This document shows, one piece after another, positions 14,156 through 28,785 of a stretch of DNA of 64,000 nt (the first letter of the stretch is position 1; each line of letters starts with the position of its first letter). The stretch lies in contig OX597817.1 of assembly GCA_951406725.2 (NCBI GenBank), forward strand, positions 58,342,001-58,406,000, given 5' to 3'. Under the pieces are notes generated by a model. That model searched no databases. It saw only the letters and a list, made by a program, of their open reading frames with translations, and was not told the origin of the DNA. The translations under genes and the position numbers were made by a program. The stretch is from Octopus vulgaris (Eukaryota).

Positions 14156-14410
14156 TACATGGTCTGATCAATAAGTATCCGGACTGTTGCTATAGTAACG
14201 ATGCTAAAGCATACAGAGTGAAGCTGCTTGGCACAGATTGACTGTGAACTCTGCCGTGCATGTGCACCAAGTTTTAACGTAGTCCACTTCTGCTGTTTAC
14301 AGCATTCCTTGGAAGGAAGGTGTGTAGCGTATGATCATCGCATTGACCATGACAGAGAAAGTTGAGCAGAGAATCTGCATCCAATTTTGCCAAAAGCTTG
14401 GTGATGCCTG
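14156..14410 (+). mobile_element. mariner 5' end (TIR plus start of transposase)
   Basis: tacatggtctgatcaataagtatccggactg TIR; ATG at 14349 gives MTEKVEQRICIQFCQKLGD. Confidence 0.75.
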
Positions 14411-14883
14411 ATGCTGGTCTATGTCCCTGTAACTTAGCAGTTCAGTGCAAGAGACCGAATAAATACCTGACTTAATGGAAAATAAGTCCTGCAGTCAATT
14501 TGTTTAACCTAAACCCTTTAGAAATGTGCTCCAGTATGACCACAGTCTAATAACCAAAGCAAATAAATGGTAAAAGATATCTCTCTATATATATACACAC
14601 AGACATTGTGAGTGGATTTTGTAGATGAAAACTGAAAGAAGCCTGTTGTATATAGCTATATGTGTGTGTTTGTCCCTCACCACCATTTGACAACTGACGT
14701 TGGTTTGTTTACATCCCTGTAACTTAGCTGTTCAGTGCAAGAGACCAAATAAGAACCTGGTTTAATGGAAAATAGGTCTTGGAGTCAATATGTTTAACCT
14801 AAACCTTTTAGAAATATGCCCTAGCATGACCACAGTCCAATGGATGAAGTAAATGATAAAAGATAACTATCTATCTATAAATA

Positions 14884-14917
<34 letters not shown>

Positions 14918-15370
14918 AAAGATGGATTTGAATGGACTCTTTTCTGGTTATCACTTTGCCCTTTATTTTTATATTTATAATATTTTAGCTCCATTCCCTT
15001 AAATTTTACTTGCCTTTGTTATGCATGAATTTATTGCATATATTTTTCTTCATTCAACTTCACTCATATTACCCTTTCAGGATTTATCACCTTTTATTCG
15101 TGTATATGTGTATATTTTATAGTATTAGGTTTTACCATTGGATGCCCCATAATTTTAATATATATTTATATTCGATTTATGATAATTTGGGAATGATACA
15201 AAGTTGTTTTGACCAATTGGAATTTTTATTCATTATATCTTTCAATTTATTTCTCCTTTTGTCTCAAGAAATTTAATTCTGAGCACTTGCAGCTGCAGTC
15301 CTATTTTCATTTTTGATCTTCAATTTAACGAAATTACTTTTCGGTTTAACAAAGTTATGAAATTATCGTC

Positions 15371-15420
<50 letters not shown>

Positions 15421-17125
15421 TAGAAGGTTTGGAGATGATGTACAGGTATTTTATATTAGAAGAAATGAGGTACTCAGAAATTCGGATGGTTTTATATTTA
15501 TTTGTATATTACATGTTTTTATACATCATATAACATATATCATATATTAGCGTTTTCGCCCATTCTAGTGGGGTTTTCAAATTGAACTAAGTTTTTTGGG
15601 AAAAATTTGACCATTTTATAGTGTTATATATGTATATACATATATATATACATACATATACACCACCCCCACACACATATGGGCTTCTTTCAGTTTCTGT
15701 CTACTCAGTGCATTCACAAGGCTTTGGTTGATTTGGGGTTATAATAGAAGACACTTGCCCAAACTGTCATGCTGTGGAACGGAACCCAGGAGGCATGTGG
15801 TTGAGAAGCCAAGATAAAACATCATAAACCATTGAGTGGAATTTTTTCAGGCTCTCATGTCACAGTTATCATCTTGTTTGGTTATCATCTGCAAATAGAA
15901 AGGGAAAAAATCTTCAGATTCTATATTTTGGCCTTGGGGCAGAAGTGATGTAGCACTAAAATGATTTACCAAAATGTTGTGGCACAGGTTGGAAAGCCCT
16001 GCTCTAACACGTTGACCTCTTTTTCTTTAACATTGACAAGAAGGTGACTGAAGAGGAACCCTTTAGCATTCAGATTACCCTCTCAAATGTTATGTTCATT
16101 TATTCCAGTTTTGAATTAATCATGCATTATCTTGTAGCTTTGAGATTTCAAAGATGTGATTGCTTATTTTTAGAATGACATTGTAGGGTAGGTGTGAGAG
16201 GTTAGATCTGGTCGGACCCTGGATATGGCAGGTTTAAACACTCAAGTGTTAAACGTTTAAAAAACAAAAATCTTTCTTTGAAGTTTGATGGCATTTTCCA
16301 TGGTTTCTGAGACTGACTGGAGGAAGGTTGGAAGTTATTCTTAGAATGGTCCCCTGGCCTAATTGCTTACAATTCTGCCAGAAGTAGCCAAGGACTATGT
16401 GGTGGTGTTAAACCAAATACCAGAGTATATCTACCACCCAGATACAAAACTGTTCCCTTCAATGGATTTCCTTCTTTCTCCCTCCAGTGCAATCTATTTT
16501 AGGGGCTGCTAGATTCAGCAGATAAGTTGTTATACATCCCCAAGTGGATTCTGACTTCTATGGTCACCACCCTACTGTCTATAGCTATCAACACCCTGTC
16601 AAAGATCAAATGGGAGAAGCCTGGGCCATCTTGGCCAGGCATTCACTTCATCCCACATCACCAGTTCTTCTTTACCAAAAGTGGCCCTTTTGGCATCGTG
16701 CATTTATTGCTGCTTTGTCTGTGGCATAGCTGCCTCTGATTGAGAGAGGATTGCCCTGGTACATTAAGGCTATCAGCACCCCCAGATCTAATTTCACACA
16801 CAAAAATTTGTTGAGCCCAAGGCCTTTGTTGAAGCCACCCAAGGTACTGTGCAGTAGGGTTGAACCCCAAACCGCATTTCTATGGAATGAAGTTCTTTTC
16901 CATGTAACTATTCCTGCACCCATTGACCAATATTGAACTCTGGAGGTGGGCCAAGCTGAGGTGTAGCAGATAGTGAGTGGTGGTGGTGGTGGTGGTCTGG
17001 TTGTTATTGATCATTCATCTATTAATATTTCATGGTTTATTGATTTGCTAAACACACATGTATAATACAATACAATATATAAATATATGCATACACAAAT
17101 GTGTGTGTGTGATACATATATACTC

Positions 17126-17175
<50 letters not shown>

Positions 17176-17185
17176 GCACACATAT

Positions 17186-17193
17186 ATACACTC

Positions 17194-17227
<34 letters not shown>

Positions 17228-17715
17228 CACATACACATACATATATATACTTGTTGGTGCAGCTATCTGGCTCACCAGTCCTCAGTCAAACCATCCAACC
17301 CATGCGAGCATGAAAAGCGGACATTAAACGATAATGATGATAAAATACATACTCATGTATATACACACACACATATATATATACACACACACATACATAC
17401 ATGTGTATACATACACACATACATATATACTTGTGTGTACACATACTCGTGCATACACACACACACACAGACATGACAGAAGTAAATAGACACCCTTATA
17501 ATCATTAAAACTTATTTAAATATGAAATTATACATTCAAATTATTTATCAATTTTTATAATGTGAATATTTAATATTTAGTAGACATGCCCTTTGCATTT
17601 TTCAATACAAGGATCCTGTCAGAGGGCCCTGGTTGATCTGGGCAAGGTGATGTGGACTCCTCCTCTCTGGTGAATTGCACAATCACTCTATTAACTGTAG
17701 AAAGCAAGATCCTAT

Positions 17716-17752
<37 letters not shown>

Positions 17753-18331
17753 AGGTTCCTTTTCAACCTTATATATATATATATATAAAGGGGCCTTATT
17801 GTGGGTCAATCTGAAGGTGGACATAGCGTAAAATCACAGAAAACCTTAGGATCTTGCTTTCTACAGTTAATAGAGTGATTGTGCAATTCACCAGAGAGGA
17901 GGAGTCCACATCACCTTGCCCAGATCAACCAGGGCCCTCTGACAGGATCCTTGTATTGAAAAATGCAAAGGGCATGTCTACTAAATATTAAATATTCACA
18001 TTATAAAAATTGATAAATAATTTGAATGTATAATTTCATATTTAAATAAGTTTTAATGATTATAAGGGTGTCTATTTACTTCTGTCATGTCTGTGTGTGT
18101 GTGTATGCACGAGTATGTGTACACACAAGTATATATGTATGTGTGTATGTATACACATGTATGTATGTGTGTGTGTATATATATATGTGTGTGTGTATAT
18201 ACATGAGTATGTATTTTATCATCATTATCGTTTAATGTCCGCTTTCCATGCTCGCATGGGTTGGATGGTTTGACTAAGGACTGGTGAGCCAGATAGCTGC
18301 ACCAACAAGTATATATATGTATGTGTATGTG

Positions 18332-18377
<46 letters not shown>

Positions 18378-18386
18378 GAGTGTATA
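17186..18386. repeat. Long near-perfect inverted duplication (~530 bp arms, ~130 bp spacer)
   Basis: 17186-17714 is the reverse complement of 17847-18386, with only a few substitutions. Confidence 0.93.
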
Positions 18387-18445
18387 GACAGATGTATGCA
18401 CACACACAGACACATATATATCTAAAAACACACATTTCTTTTCAG

Positions 18446-18581
18446 ACCCAGAACAGCCGACCTGGTATCCTCTCACAGATCTTCTCCTGGGGTTGGAAGA
18501 TTGCAGTGGTGGCCCTAATCGCTCCACCATTCTTGAATTATGCCTCCTTGAAGAATGAAGAAATGCACCTAAAGCCAGAAG
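18446..18581 (+). CDS. ABHD-like exon A (contains hydrophobic anchor)
   Basis: ttttcag|ACC...GAA G|gtagag; [46 protein letters not shown]. Confidence 0.8.
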
Positions 18582-21500
18582 GTAGAGTTTTCATCACATC
18601 AACGTTTCCATTCCATTCTCTCTCTCTCTCTCTCGGGTTTAAGATTCTTCTTTGCATCTATTTGGTTAAGGGGTCTTCTCTTACCATCTGGCCATCTGGT
18701 GTCTTTAGGGCACCCGTTTGCTGGGCTTAGCATTCACCTCTCTTTCTCTATTTGGTTAGGGATGCTCTTTCTCTCACCACCATGGTTTCTCTCTCTCCTC
18801 ATCAAGATTTTGTGTTCTCTCCATGTGCTGCATTTAAGTCTTCTTTCTCTCTTCATCTTCCTAATTGATGGTCCATTCCTTAACTTGTTGGATCCAGGCT
18901 TTACTCTGTTTCCATTTACTGGGTTTAAGCTTCCGCTCTCTCCCTCATTCTCTCACTCTCTCTCTCTTTTGCTCTTCCTTTCTCCCTAGCTAAACGTAAA
19001 CCACACATTCCATTCCTCTCTTCATCAAGTATCTCCAGTCTCTTCTCTTCACTGCTTGCAATGCTTTCCACTTGAATTTCCATGAAGAAGGCAAAATGTC
19101 TGTGTTTACAAATAACCCACTCTCACTCTTCGCACCCCCTCCTCCCCTGACACCTGTCAACCAAAAACATCTCCCACTTTGCACCTGAGTCTTTCTACCT
19201 CATTGCTCCGAGTTCACCTGATGCTCTTTTCCACTACACCCGTTCCCCTCCACCCACCCTTCCCCGGCTCTTCCAGTCACTAACAGCTACTCAACTATTT
19301 CTCACTTGCTTACGTTAATAACATCTATCTTCCTTTGCATCCCGTTTAACATTTTAAACTGTCTGCACTAATTATCATCATCATCATCATCATCCAGTTG
19401 TTTTTTTACTGATCAAATCTCTCTATATATAAAGCTGAAGTTGTCTGGGTATGGCAGGTTTGGTAGCCTTCAACTAACACTATCTCCTCCAAGACCCTGT
19501 GGCGCAAGTTGACCAAAATTGAGAGTATGATATAAGAAGGCTTGCTCTTCATTCCGTAGAAGAAAAAATTCAAATCGGACCATGTTAACACCAAAAATTA
19601 TTTACATCAAAAAGGTGCTGTTTTTCTATGAAAATCCCTATTTTTTATGATTTTTTGACTGCTGTGTCGCCAGTTTTTGGTGTATTTCAACCAGACAAAT
19701 ATTCACTTAAAGAGAATAACAAGCTACATAAGGCAAAATTTTTACTTTTCAAAAATTCCAATTCTAAAGGGTCGAAACAAACCCGAGCACTGCCGGGCGA
19801 TACTGCTAGTACATTGATATATACAGAGATGGCTGTGTAATTAAGAAGTTTGTTTTGTAACCATGTGATTCCAGGTTCAATATGAATGTACTACACTTTG
19901 GGCTAGTATCTTCTATTACAGACTCTGTTGAGCAATGCCCTGAGAATAAGGGGCGTTTAATATGCCTATCCCATGCTGGGATGGGTTGGACAGTTTGATA
20001 GGATCCAATGGACCCATGGACTGCATTGTGTTTCAGTGTCTGCTTTGATATGGTTTCTATGACTCGACTCCCTTCCTAACACCAGCCACTTTACAATGTG
20101 GACTGTCGCATTTTCTGCATGCCACCGATGCCAGACAGACTTCCATTCAGCTTTCATGATTATAAAACCTGAGGCCTTGGGGTGGGGGAAACTTTATGCT
20201 AGGAGAATAAAGACTAGAGATTGATCGATTAATAACTTCTCTCACCAACACACTCCAATGTCTCATCTCTTTGCTTTTCTACCCTGACTACAACAGCCTC
20301 TGCTCCTCTCAACTAATTGTATATCCTCTCCTCCCAGCAATCCTTCACTCCACCTGTTTCTGCCTTTCTTGTCATCTTGTACATGGTGCTGGCACCACAT
20401 AAAAAGCTCCCATGCTGGTGCCACATAAAGTGATAAACTGTAAAGTGGTTGGTGTTAGGAAGGGCATCTGGTTGTAGAAACCAAGCCAAAACAGACTATG
20501 GAACCCGGTACAGCTTCTGGCCTTGCCAGTTCCTCTCAAACTGTCCAACGCATGCCAGCATAGAAAATGGATATTAAATGATGATGATGATGGTGATCTT
20601 TTACTGTTGCATCTTCCACTCCATACGTTAAACATTTTACCCAACCCTTCTTCCCCAGCTCTAATATAAATCATAAAATGCTGGAATGATTATTAAGAGG
20701 CATTTCATCCGATGCTCAAACAATTCCTTCATGCCATCCTCTTGGACTGGTATTATATTTTATGAACTACCATCACCTACACCTCCACCCTTTTTCATCC
20801 AATCCTCAACCATCACTCACTCTCCTCTCCCACACTCTTATGAAATTACTCGTCCTTCCCTCTCCCCTCCAGATCCACAGTCTGCTGCATCCTCCCTTCC
20901 AGTGACCTTCTTGTACTCTGAGCAAATCCTTTGGCACCCTGTCTCCATCATTTATATCTTCCTTCCAGCTGCTCTCATCCAGCCTGGAAAACCAGGTATT
21001 TCTCCCCTACAGCAAAACACCTGGGTGCTTGTTCCTTTATCATACTTTAGCCTTCAACATCTAGCATAAAACCACATCTCTCTCTCTCTCACTCTGTCTT
21101 TCTGTCTGCCTCTCTCTCTCTGTCCGTCTCTCTGTCTGCCTCTCTCGCTCTCTTTCTCTCCCTCAAATACACTCCCAGTCAGTCAAGGGGACTTTTTCCT
21201 TTTCTTTTCTTTTCTTTGTCTTGCCAGTTATCATGGAAAAAGGCACCCATTACACATTAGTCGTCAGTGGTAGGAAGGGCATCCAGCCATTCGAACTGCC
21301 GAAGCTGGGGCCTAACACAGCGCTGCAGTCTGCTGGGTCCTATCTAACCATGCAACCCATATCAGCATGGAAAATGGACATTAAATGATGATGATGGTGT
21401 TGATGATAAGGGTGAAAGACAGAGTTAACCTTGATAGGGTTTGAACTCAGAAAAGAGCCTTTAAGAAATCCTGTCAGACATTTAATCCAAGGCTGTAACG

Positions 21501-22107
21501 ACTCTGCCAATTCATCTACATCGTTTGATTTTGTGTTTTCATTTTGTTTTTGTAGGTCAACTTTATGACATTGGTTGGGGTCAGAGGTTATTTATGAAAT
21601 GTCAAGGTGATGGACCTCCTACTGGTGAGTAACTGAAAATATTTTATTGTGAATTTTCTTTTACAAAAAATGTATTTTGGAATCTCTTGTTGCTTCAACA
21701 AATGATGGTTCAGCTGGCAAAAGAGTGCTTTCAGATGTTGGTCAAGTTTCGTGGCTTCAAAACAATAGAAAGGTGCTGTGAACACAGACCAGAGTCTGTG
21801 ATAGAAAATGAGAATTACAGAGTCTTCTGCAACTTCCATGTGAAGTCTGACCATATTATTTAGTCTCACAAAATTTTACTCATTCACCCATATATTCATT
21901 TGAAGACCTTTCTTTATCTTAGAAATTATTGTTGGCTCTGTGCCAAAATTTGAACCATTATTATTATTATTTTCAAATTCTGCCATGGTCAGCTTTGCTT
22001 GTCATTCTTTTAGAGTTGATAAAATAAGTACCAGTTGTGTACTGGGGTCAATGTAAATGATCTACCCCCTCCCCCAAATTTCAGGCCTTGTGCCTTTAGT
22101 AGAAAGG

Positions 22108-22140
<33 letters not shown>

Positions 22141-24278
22141 GTGGTGAGCTGGCAGAATTGTTAGTATGCTGGGCAAAATGCTTAGCTGTGTTTTTTCCAT
22201 TTTTACAATCCAAGTTCAAATTCCACCAAGGCTGACTTTATCTTTCATCCTTTCATGGTTGATAAAAATAAATACCAGTTACCTCCTGAGGTTGATGTAA
22301 TCGACTTACCTCTTCCTTGAAACTGCTGGTCTTGTACCAAAATTTGAAATTATTATTATTATATAACTGTTCAATATTTGGTAGATTGAAGCAAATTTCT
22401 ACTGCATCACCTGCTACACCACCATGTTGCTGGGATATGTGCAGCATTGTGTATTCTTTTCTGCTGTTGGGAGTGCTCAAACTCCTCCCAGTTCTGTATT
22501 GTGTTAGCTTTTTTCCTTGAGGTGTGGTGCAGTCTTTTGTTGTGTTACTGCTTGTATTGTGTGTTGAGTGTGTAATGCTTTGGTTTCTTGGCTTGCTGGT
22601 GGGAGTTTATTTCACTGGGTAAATGCTGTATAGAGTGTGTCTTGTATTTGTGGGTTGTTCTGTTTAGGTTGTATTATTGGATTGTTTGTGTCTCGTGTAG
22701 GATGTGGGCTGGTCCTAGCAGGGCTATTTTTTGGACAGAGTGTAGATTAGGGTTAATAAAATATAGTATTAGTTGAATACTGGAATTGATATAATTGGCT
22801 AAGCCTCTCCTACCAAAATGTCAGGCCTTGTACCTATAGAAAAGAAAGAATTATTATTAATATTAATAATAGAAGTTGCAGTATTTCCTATAGTTTAATA
22901 CAAGTTTTTCATTGCACAACAATGTGCATCAGTGTTTCTTGTGTCTGTGTGCAGCATTGTCCTTCCAAAGAATGGTGGTAATGGTGGTGGTGGTAGTGGT
23001 ACTGTATTTAATTGGCTTTATTGTTGAAGTTCATTTTGTTGTTGTTTGTTATAAAATCAATCATTGCATTGTGAGGCGTGCATTGTGTTGAGATGGCTCT
23101 CTGTATAACCGGTGAGTATTTTCCCAATTAAAGTATCTTAAGGAAGAATGTGCTGTACCCAGCCACGTTGGTGAGGAAGATTTTCTATGGGTGGTTGCTT
23201 TTTCTGTGTCCAACCCATATCTATTTCCAAGCTTGGTTATATTTTCCCCCCTTGTCCTTCAAACACGAACAGCACAATGGTTAGACAAGTTTTCACAGAA
23301 TGTTTGTGAATAAACACCGCTTCTCGTATGACTGGGATGTTTATTAACATTTCGTATGTGATGTCAAGACAAGGAGACATGAACACACTCATACACACAT
23401 GACTGGCTCTTTGCCTTGCTGTTTTTTTTTGTCTACCAAATCCACCCAAAAGGCTTTGATCAGCCCAGGGCTATTGTAGAAAACACTTGTCCAACATGCT
23501 ATGCAGTGGGACTGATCCTAAAAGCAAACCTTTTGAGTTCTGTTGGCAATTTTTCTTGATTCCTTTGGTTTCCACCTGTAGGCCTCCCTTTCAACAACAC
23601 CATAGACTGGGTACGTTTCATCATTTACCAAGACTAGACGATGTCTGAAGTAGGACGAAAACATTTCTATAACTTATTTTACTGTTTTCATTCAGTTACT
23701 CTTCTAGATTGTGTGTGTGTGCTGGGGATTGTGGGGGGGGGGGGGCTACACCTTGTTTATTTTTTTTACTGTTAGATGCCCTGCCCCCCTCCCCACCTCT
23801 TACCAATGCTACGTTATGTATTTTTCTGCGATGGGTGTTAATGTTTTCATTTGCCTAAATATCTGCAAGCTTTTGTTTGTAGGTAAGTCTCTAGGATGGT
23901 TTTTGTGCAACCTTCTTTCACCTGTGATTGGAAACAGGTGAGAATTGATGGTTGGAAGAGCATCCAGCCATAGAAAATCTGCCAAAACAAACTTTGTCTG
24001 ACCCATGCAAGCATGGAAAAGTGGATGTTAAAACAATATTGATGATGTGTATGTGTGTATGATATATATATATATCTCAAAATGTGACCGCGTGTATATC
24101 GTTGGCGATTTTTTTTCCTCCATCTTCCCTTCCTTGGATCTTTCCTTTTCCTATGTTTCTGATAAAGAGCTCCGCTTGAAACGTTAAACCCTCCTTCTTT
24201 CTTTCCTTTCCTGAGCGCCCAATAACACTACACTTGTTCCACGCCCTCACGTTTTTGTGTTTTCATGTTTGGATTAAC

Positions 24279-24320
<42 letters not shown>

Positions 24321-26314
24321 AAGAGAGATACTGCTATTGTTAATACAAGATTGTTGATGACTCTTGAAATAATTGTCAATTTTCAGTGATACTCGATGCC
24401 CCCACAGGAATGTCATCTGATGTCTGGTCTCTTGTATGGCCTGAAATTGCTAATGTGACAAGAGTATGTATTATTTGTTACTTATACATATAATATATTC
24501 ATTTTAAATTGTTAAGCTTTGCTTTCATCTGAAGTAATATCTTAATAAATGTCCCAATGTATCTGCTTCCTCTTATATTGCCATCTTAGACCAATGTCCA
24601 CCTGAAATATCTTCTGTAGTTGAACCAACTTACCTGTCATTTAATTATCATCAGTCTGTTTTTTTTTTTTTTTTCTGATACCTGAATTCTTTGTTGTTTT
24701 GCTGCTATTGACAGTGAGGCTAACAATATTTGTTTAACATAAAACTGTAACTTTATAGATTCAATATCGTACAATTTACCGTTTCTGTGCTGCAGTCAAA
24801 GCATAAGCGTGACCAGCTTTGTACAGACATGAAAAGAAAGGAATTCGATCAGATGTTTATGATATTGTATTTGCTGAATTTTCAATGCAGCCACAGTAAA
24901 ATGGCCAAGTCCTAATTATGGCCTGAGTAAAAGCCAAGTTTAAACAATTAATTAACACATTCTTTGTTATTGATTTGTGAAAGCCTTGTGTTTTAACCAC
25001 AACACACCAGGCCATTCCATCACCTGCCTATCAGTGTGCAGCATCTCTCCACACCATGGAACCACATGTTCAAGGAAACCAAAGGATCAACATTTTTATT
25101 TGAACTTGACAACAACAGGTTTGATCAGTAAACCCTTTCCGATCCTTCAACTCCCCTCTCACCTCATCATTTCCTGTCACCTCGCTCCTGGCTTTGTCCA
25201 CTTCTCCTCATTCCATCCCTCATTCCTTCTACTTCTCCCATACTGTGTCTTTCTCTTACTACATCTTGTTCACATTAAGCTTCCATGATCCTATGTTCCT
25301 CATCAGTTGCAGCCAGTTTTTTTTTTCATAGTTTCTTTAATTCCTCTCTTGTTAATTTTCCCCGAAGAAGGAATCAGTCTGAAGCATTCCATATTCCCCT
25401 TTCCCATGCTATTCTTTTTGTCAAATTTATTAGATGATACAAATATTACTCACACAGATCAATACCAGTTTCTTAAGGATCATTAACCTTTCTCTAAATC
25501 TTCTTTTAGTATATTAACAAACCCATTTTCTTTCACAGGTTTGTATATTTGACCGTGCTGGCTTAGGGTACAGTGATCGGCCCCGTGAGGTGAGTATTTC
25601 TCCTTTTCACATTTTCCTTTGATAAAAGTCTTTCTTGATATAATTTGTCAATAAGACAAATCCCATAGAACCGTCTCTTAGAAGTGAGTGTGACTTGATA
25701 GCATGCTTATTCTAAATGCTTTTGATGCCTTATATATAGTCGTGAGCAGACATAGATATTCCTTCAGCCCTCTCACTCCTCGGCCCAGTGGGATATCTGG
25801 GTTGTGACAGGTGGAGTGAGAGAAGGGGACTGGTTTTTATTTTCAGCTGAGTAGACTTCAACAACCGGAAGTGTCTCTTTCAAAGATACCACTTGCTACC
25901 CAGGTCAGAAATTGAACCTGCCCCCCTTGTCATTGTGAGCCCAACACCCTAACCACTAAGGCACATACTTTCTCTATATGCAACTACTCTCTCTCTCTCT
26001 CTCTCTCTCCTTATCATGTAATGTCCACTTTTCCATGCTTGCATTGGTCAGATGGAATTTGTTGAGGCAGACTTTCTGTCACCAACCATTTTGAAGCAAG
26101 GTAACATTTCCCCATGGTCAGACATGGTTTTCTATGAAAAACTGAAAACAAACAACACTGCTTGTATGACAGTGATGCTCATTTACAACCATCATGTTAT
26201 GTTCAGACAAAGGTACATATAAACACACACACACCTATATATATATGATGATGGGCTTTTTTCAGTTTCCTTTACTAAATCCATGCTTTTGTCAACCCAG
26301 GACTAAGGTAAAAG

Positions 26315-26345
<31 letters not shown>

Positions 26346-27464
26346 ATAGGTGCAGCAGTGGCTGTGTGGTAAGAAGCTTGTTTCCCAACCACATGGTTCT
26401 AGATTCAGCCCCACTGGGCAAGTGTCTTCTACTATAGCCTCGGGATGACCAAAGCCCTGTGAGTGGATTTGGTTGAAGGAAACTGAAAGAAGCCTATTGT
26501 GTGTGTGTATGTATGTATATATATGTATTTGTTTGTCTGTGTTTGCCCCCCCCCCCCCGTTGCTTGACATCTGATGTTGGTGTGTTTACATCCCCATAAC
26601 TTAGCAGCTCGGCATAAGTACTAGGCTGAGAAGGGAATAAGTTCTGGGGTCAATTTGTTTGACTAAAGGTGGTGCTACAGCATGGCCACAGTCAAATCAC
26701 TGAAACAATGAAAAGAATAAAAGAATATATTTTTATATGGAGTATTTTCTGTAACACATTAATATCTGTTTGTCCATCTCTCTCTCTCTCTGTCTTTCTT
26801 TCTTTCCTTCTCTCTCTCTCTCCCTCTTTCTCTCTCTCTGTCTTTCTTCCTCCCCTCTCTCTCTGTTTCTTTCTTTCTTTCTTACAGACAGACAGTATAC
26901 AGTCTATAATACACGATAATGCCTGTACTGACAGCAGTTTGTTCTGTGCATAAGAACACAATGTATTCTCTTCATATTGTGTAACAAGATTTTTCAATTG
27001 ATTTTCGTTTTTTTTCTCTCAGAACTTTACCTCAAATGATGGCTCAGAAGGGAAATCGAATTATCGTAACCGTTGGGAACCATTCACAGTAGAGAGGTAC
27101 GTTAATATATCAGTGTGTGTGTGTGTGTGTATTAAATTAATTGGTATAATGATGTTATCTATGTCTGTAAAAATATATATTTAACAGACATTACATTAAG
27201 GTTCCTCTGTCAGAAAACTTTATACATAAGGATGAACAGGAATCTCCTGGATTCTTTTCTGCTATTTCCTTTCTCGAGTTCTTTGAAAAAATTTAGGCGT
27301 AGGAGTGGCTGTGTGGTAAGCAGCTTGCTTACAAACCACATGGTTCCAGGTTCAGTCCCACTGCATGGCATCTTGGGCAAGTGTCTTCTACTATAGCCTT
27401 GGGCCGACCAAAGCCTTGTGAGTGGATTTGGTAGACGGAAACTGAAAGAAGCCTGTGGTGTATG

Positions 27465-27495
<31 letters not shown>

Positions 27496-28402
27496 GTGTG
27501 TGTGTGCGTGTATATGTTTGTGTGTCTGTGTTTGTCCCGCCAACATCGCTTAACAACTGATGCTTGTGTTTACATCCCCGTAACTTAGTGGTTCGGCAAA
27601 AGACCGATAGAATAAGTACTACGCTTACAAAGAATAAGTCTTGGGGTTGATTTGTTCGACTAAAGGCGGTACTCCAGCATGGCCACAGTCAAATGACTGA
27701 AACAATTAAAAGAGTATAAGAGTTATACCTCTTGCACTGAAGAGTGCAGTGATATATAATTAATTCAATTAATTTAATTCAATTCAATTCAACCATGAAT
27801 TTGCATGTACGAAACGATCGTCTGCATGAATTAAAATTCTCTTCTATATTTTAACATCTTCTCTTCTCCATTTTTAACTAAATTGTTGAGTTTTATGGGA
27901 TTTTTTTTCAATAAATTCACAACACATCATATATAAAAATATATAATGTAAGTAAGTTTAAGATAAAAGCTGTGTCTCACCGAAGCACATCTGTTTATTC
28001 CAGTATTTCAGTTCTGTATATGGTCGTTAATATTTATGTGAGTTACATATGACGACGAGATGAAAATTCCTCAGATATTGTTTGCAGAGTTATTACCAAA
28101 ACAAGAATCTGCAAAATTGTTTTGGTATTATTTATTTACCATTACACATGTTGCATTTGCTATTAGGAGCCATAGAATTGTACATGTTGGATAGAAATGT
28201 AAAAAAAATTTCCTATTGGAAATTTCTTCAAGAATTCCTCAAGAAACAGCTGTAAGCTTATGAAGTCCATGGCATAAGTTCCTATTCCCTTGTCGTTCAT
28301 TTAATACTGCTCATCTTTTATTACTGCTCTGTACTCCAACACTTTATTCTGAAGCATATTGAGTTCTAGCACCAGGTTATTAGTATCACTATGCCTAAGC
28401 TA

Positions 28403-28446
<44 letters not shown>

Positions 28447-28726
28447 CTGTCTGGCTATTGCCATGATAGACCGTTAGCCACTACACACAGTTTTTTCTCT
28501 CCTTGTTTTTTTCTGTGTCCCTTTCTGTAGAAGAGCGTAGGCTCAAAACATAAAAGACTTTTTCTATTCCTGAGCGTTATACTAATACATCTGTTTGTTT
28601 TGTACACCACCTGTCTTCGTCTTATGTTTTTTTGTGAACTCTCTCTATATCATTATCATCATCGTTTAGCATCCACGACGATGATGATGATATAGGGAGA
28701 GTTCACAAAAAAGAACAAAAGACGAA

Positions 28727-28785
<59 letters not shown>

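Noticed and set aside
16268-16960. Coding-looking GC-balanced stretch
   Set aside because: Stops in all frames and no motif I recognise.
23040-23117. Possible extra exon ending in gtgagt
   Set aside because: No good acceptor, stops in the upstream frames, and exons B and C already join seamlessly (PPT-V-ILD).
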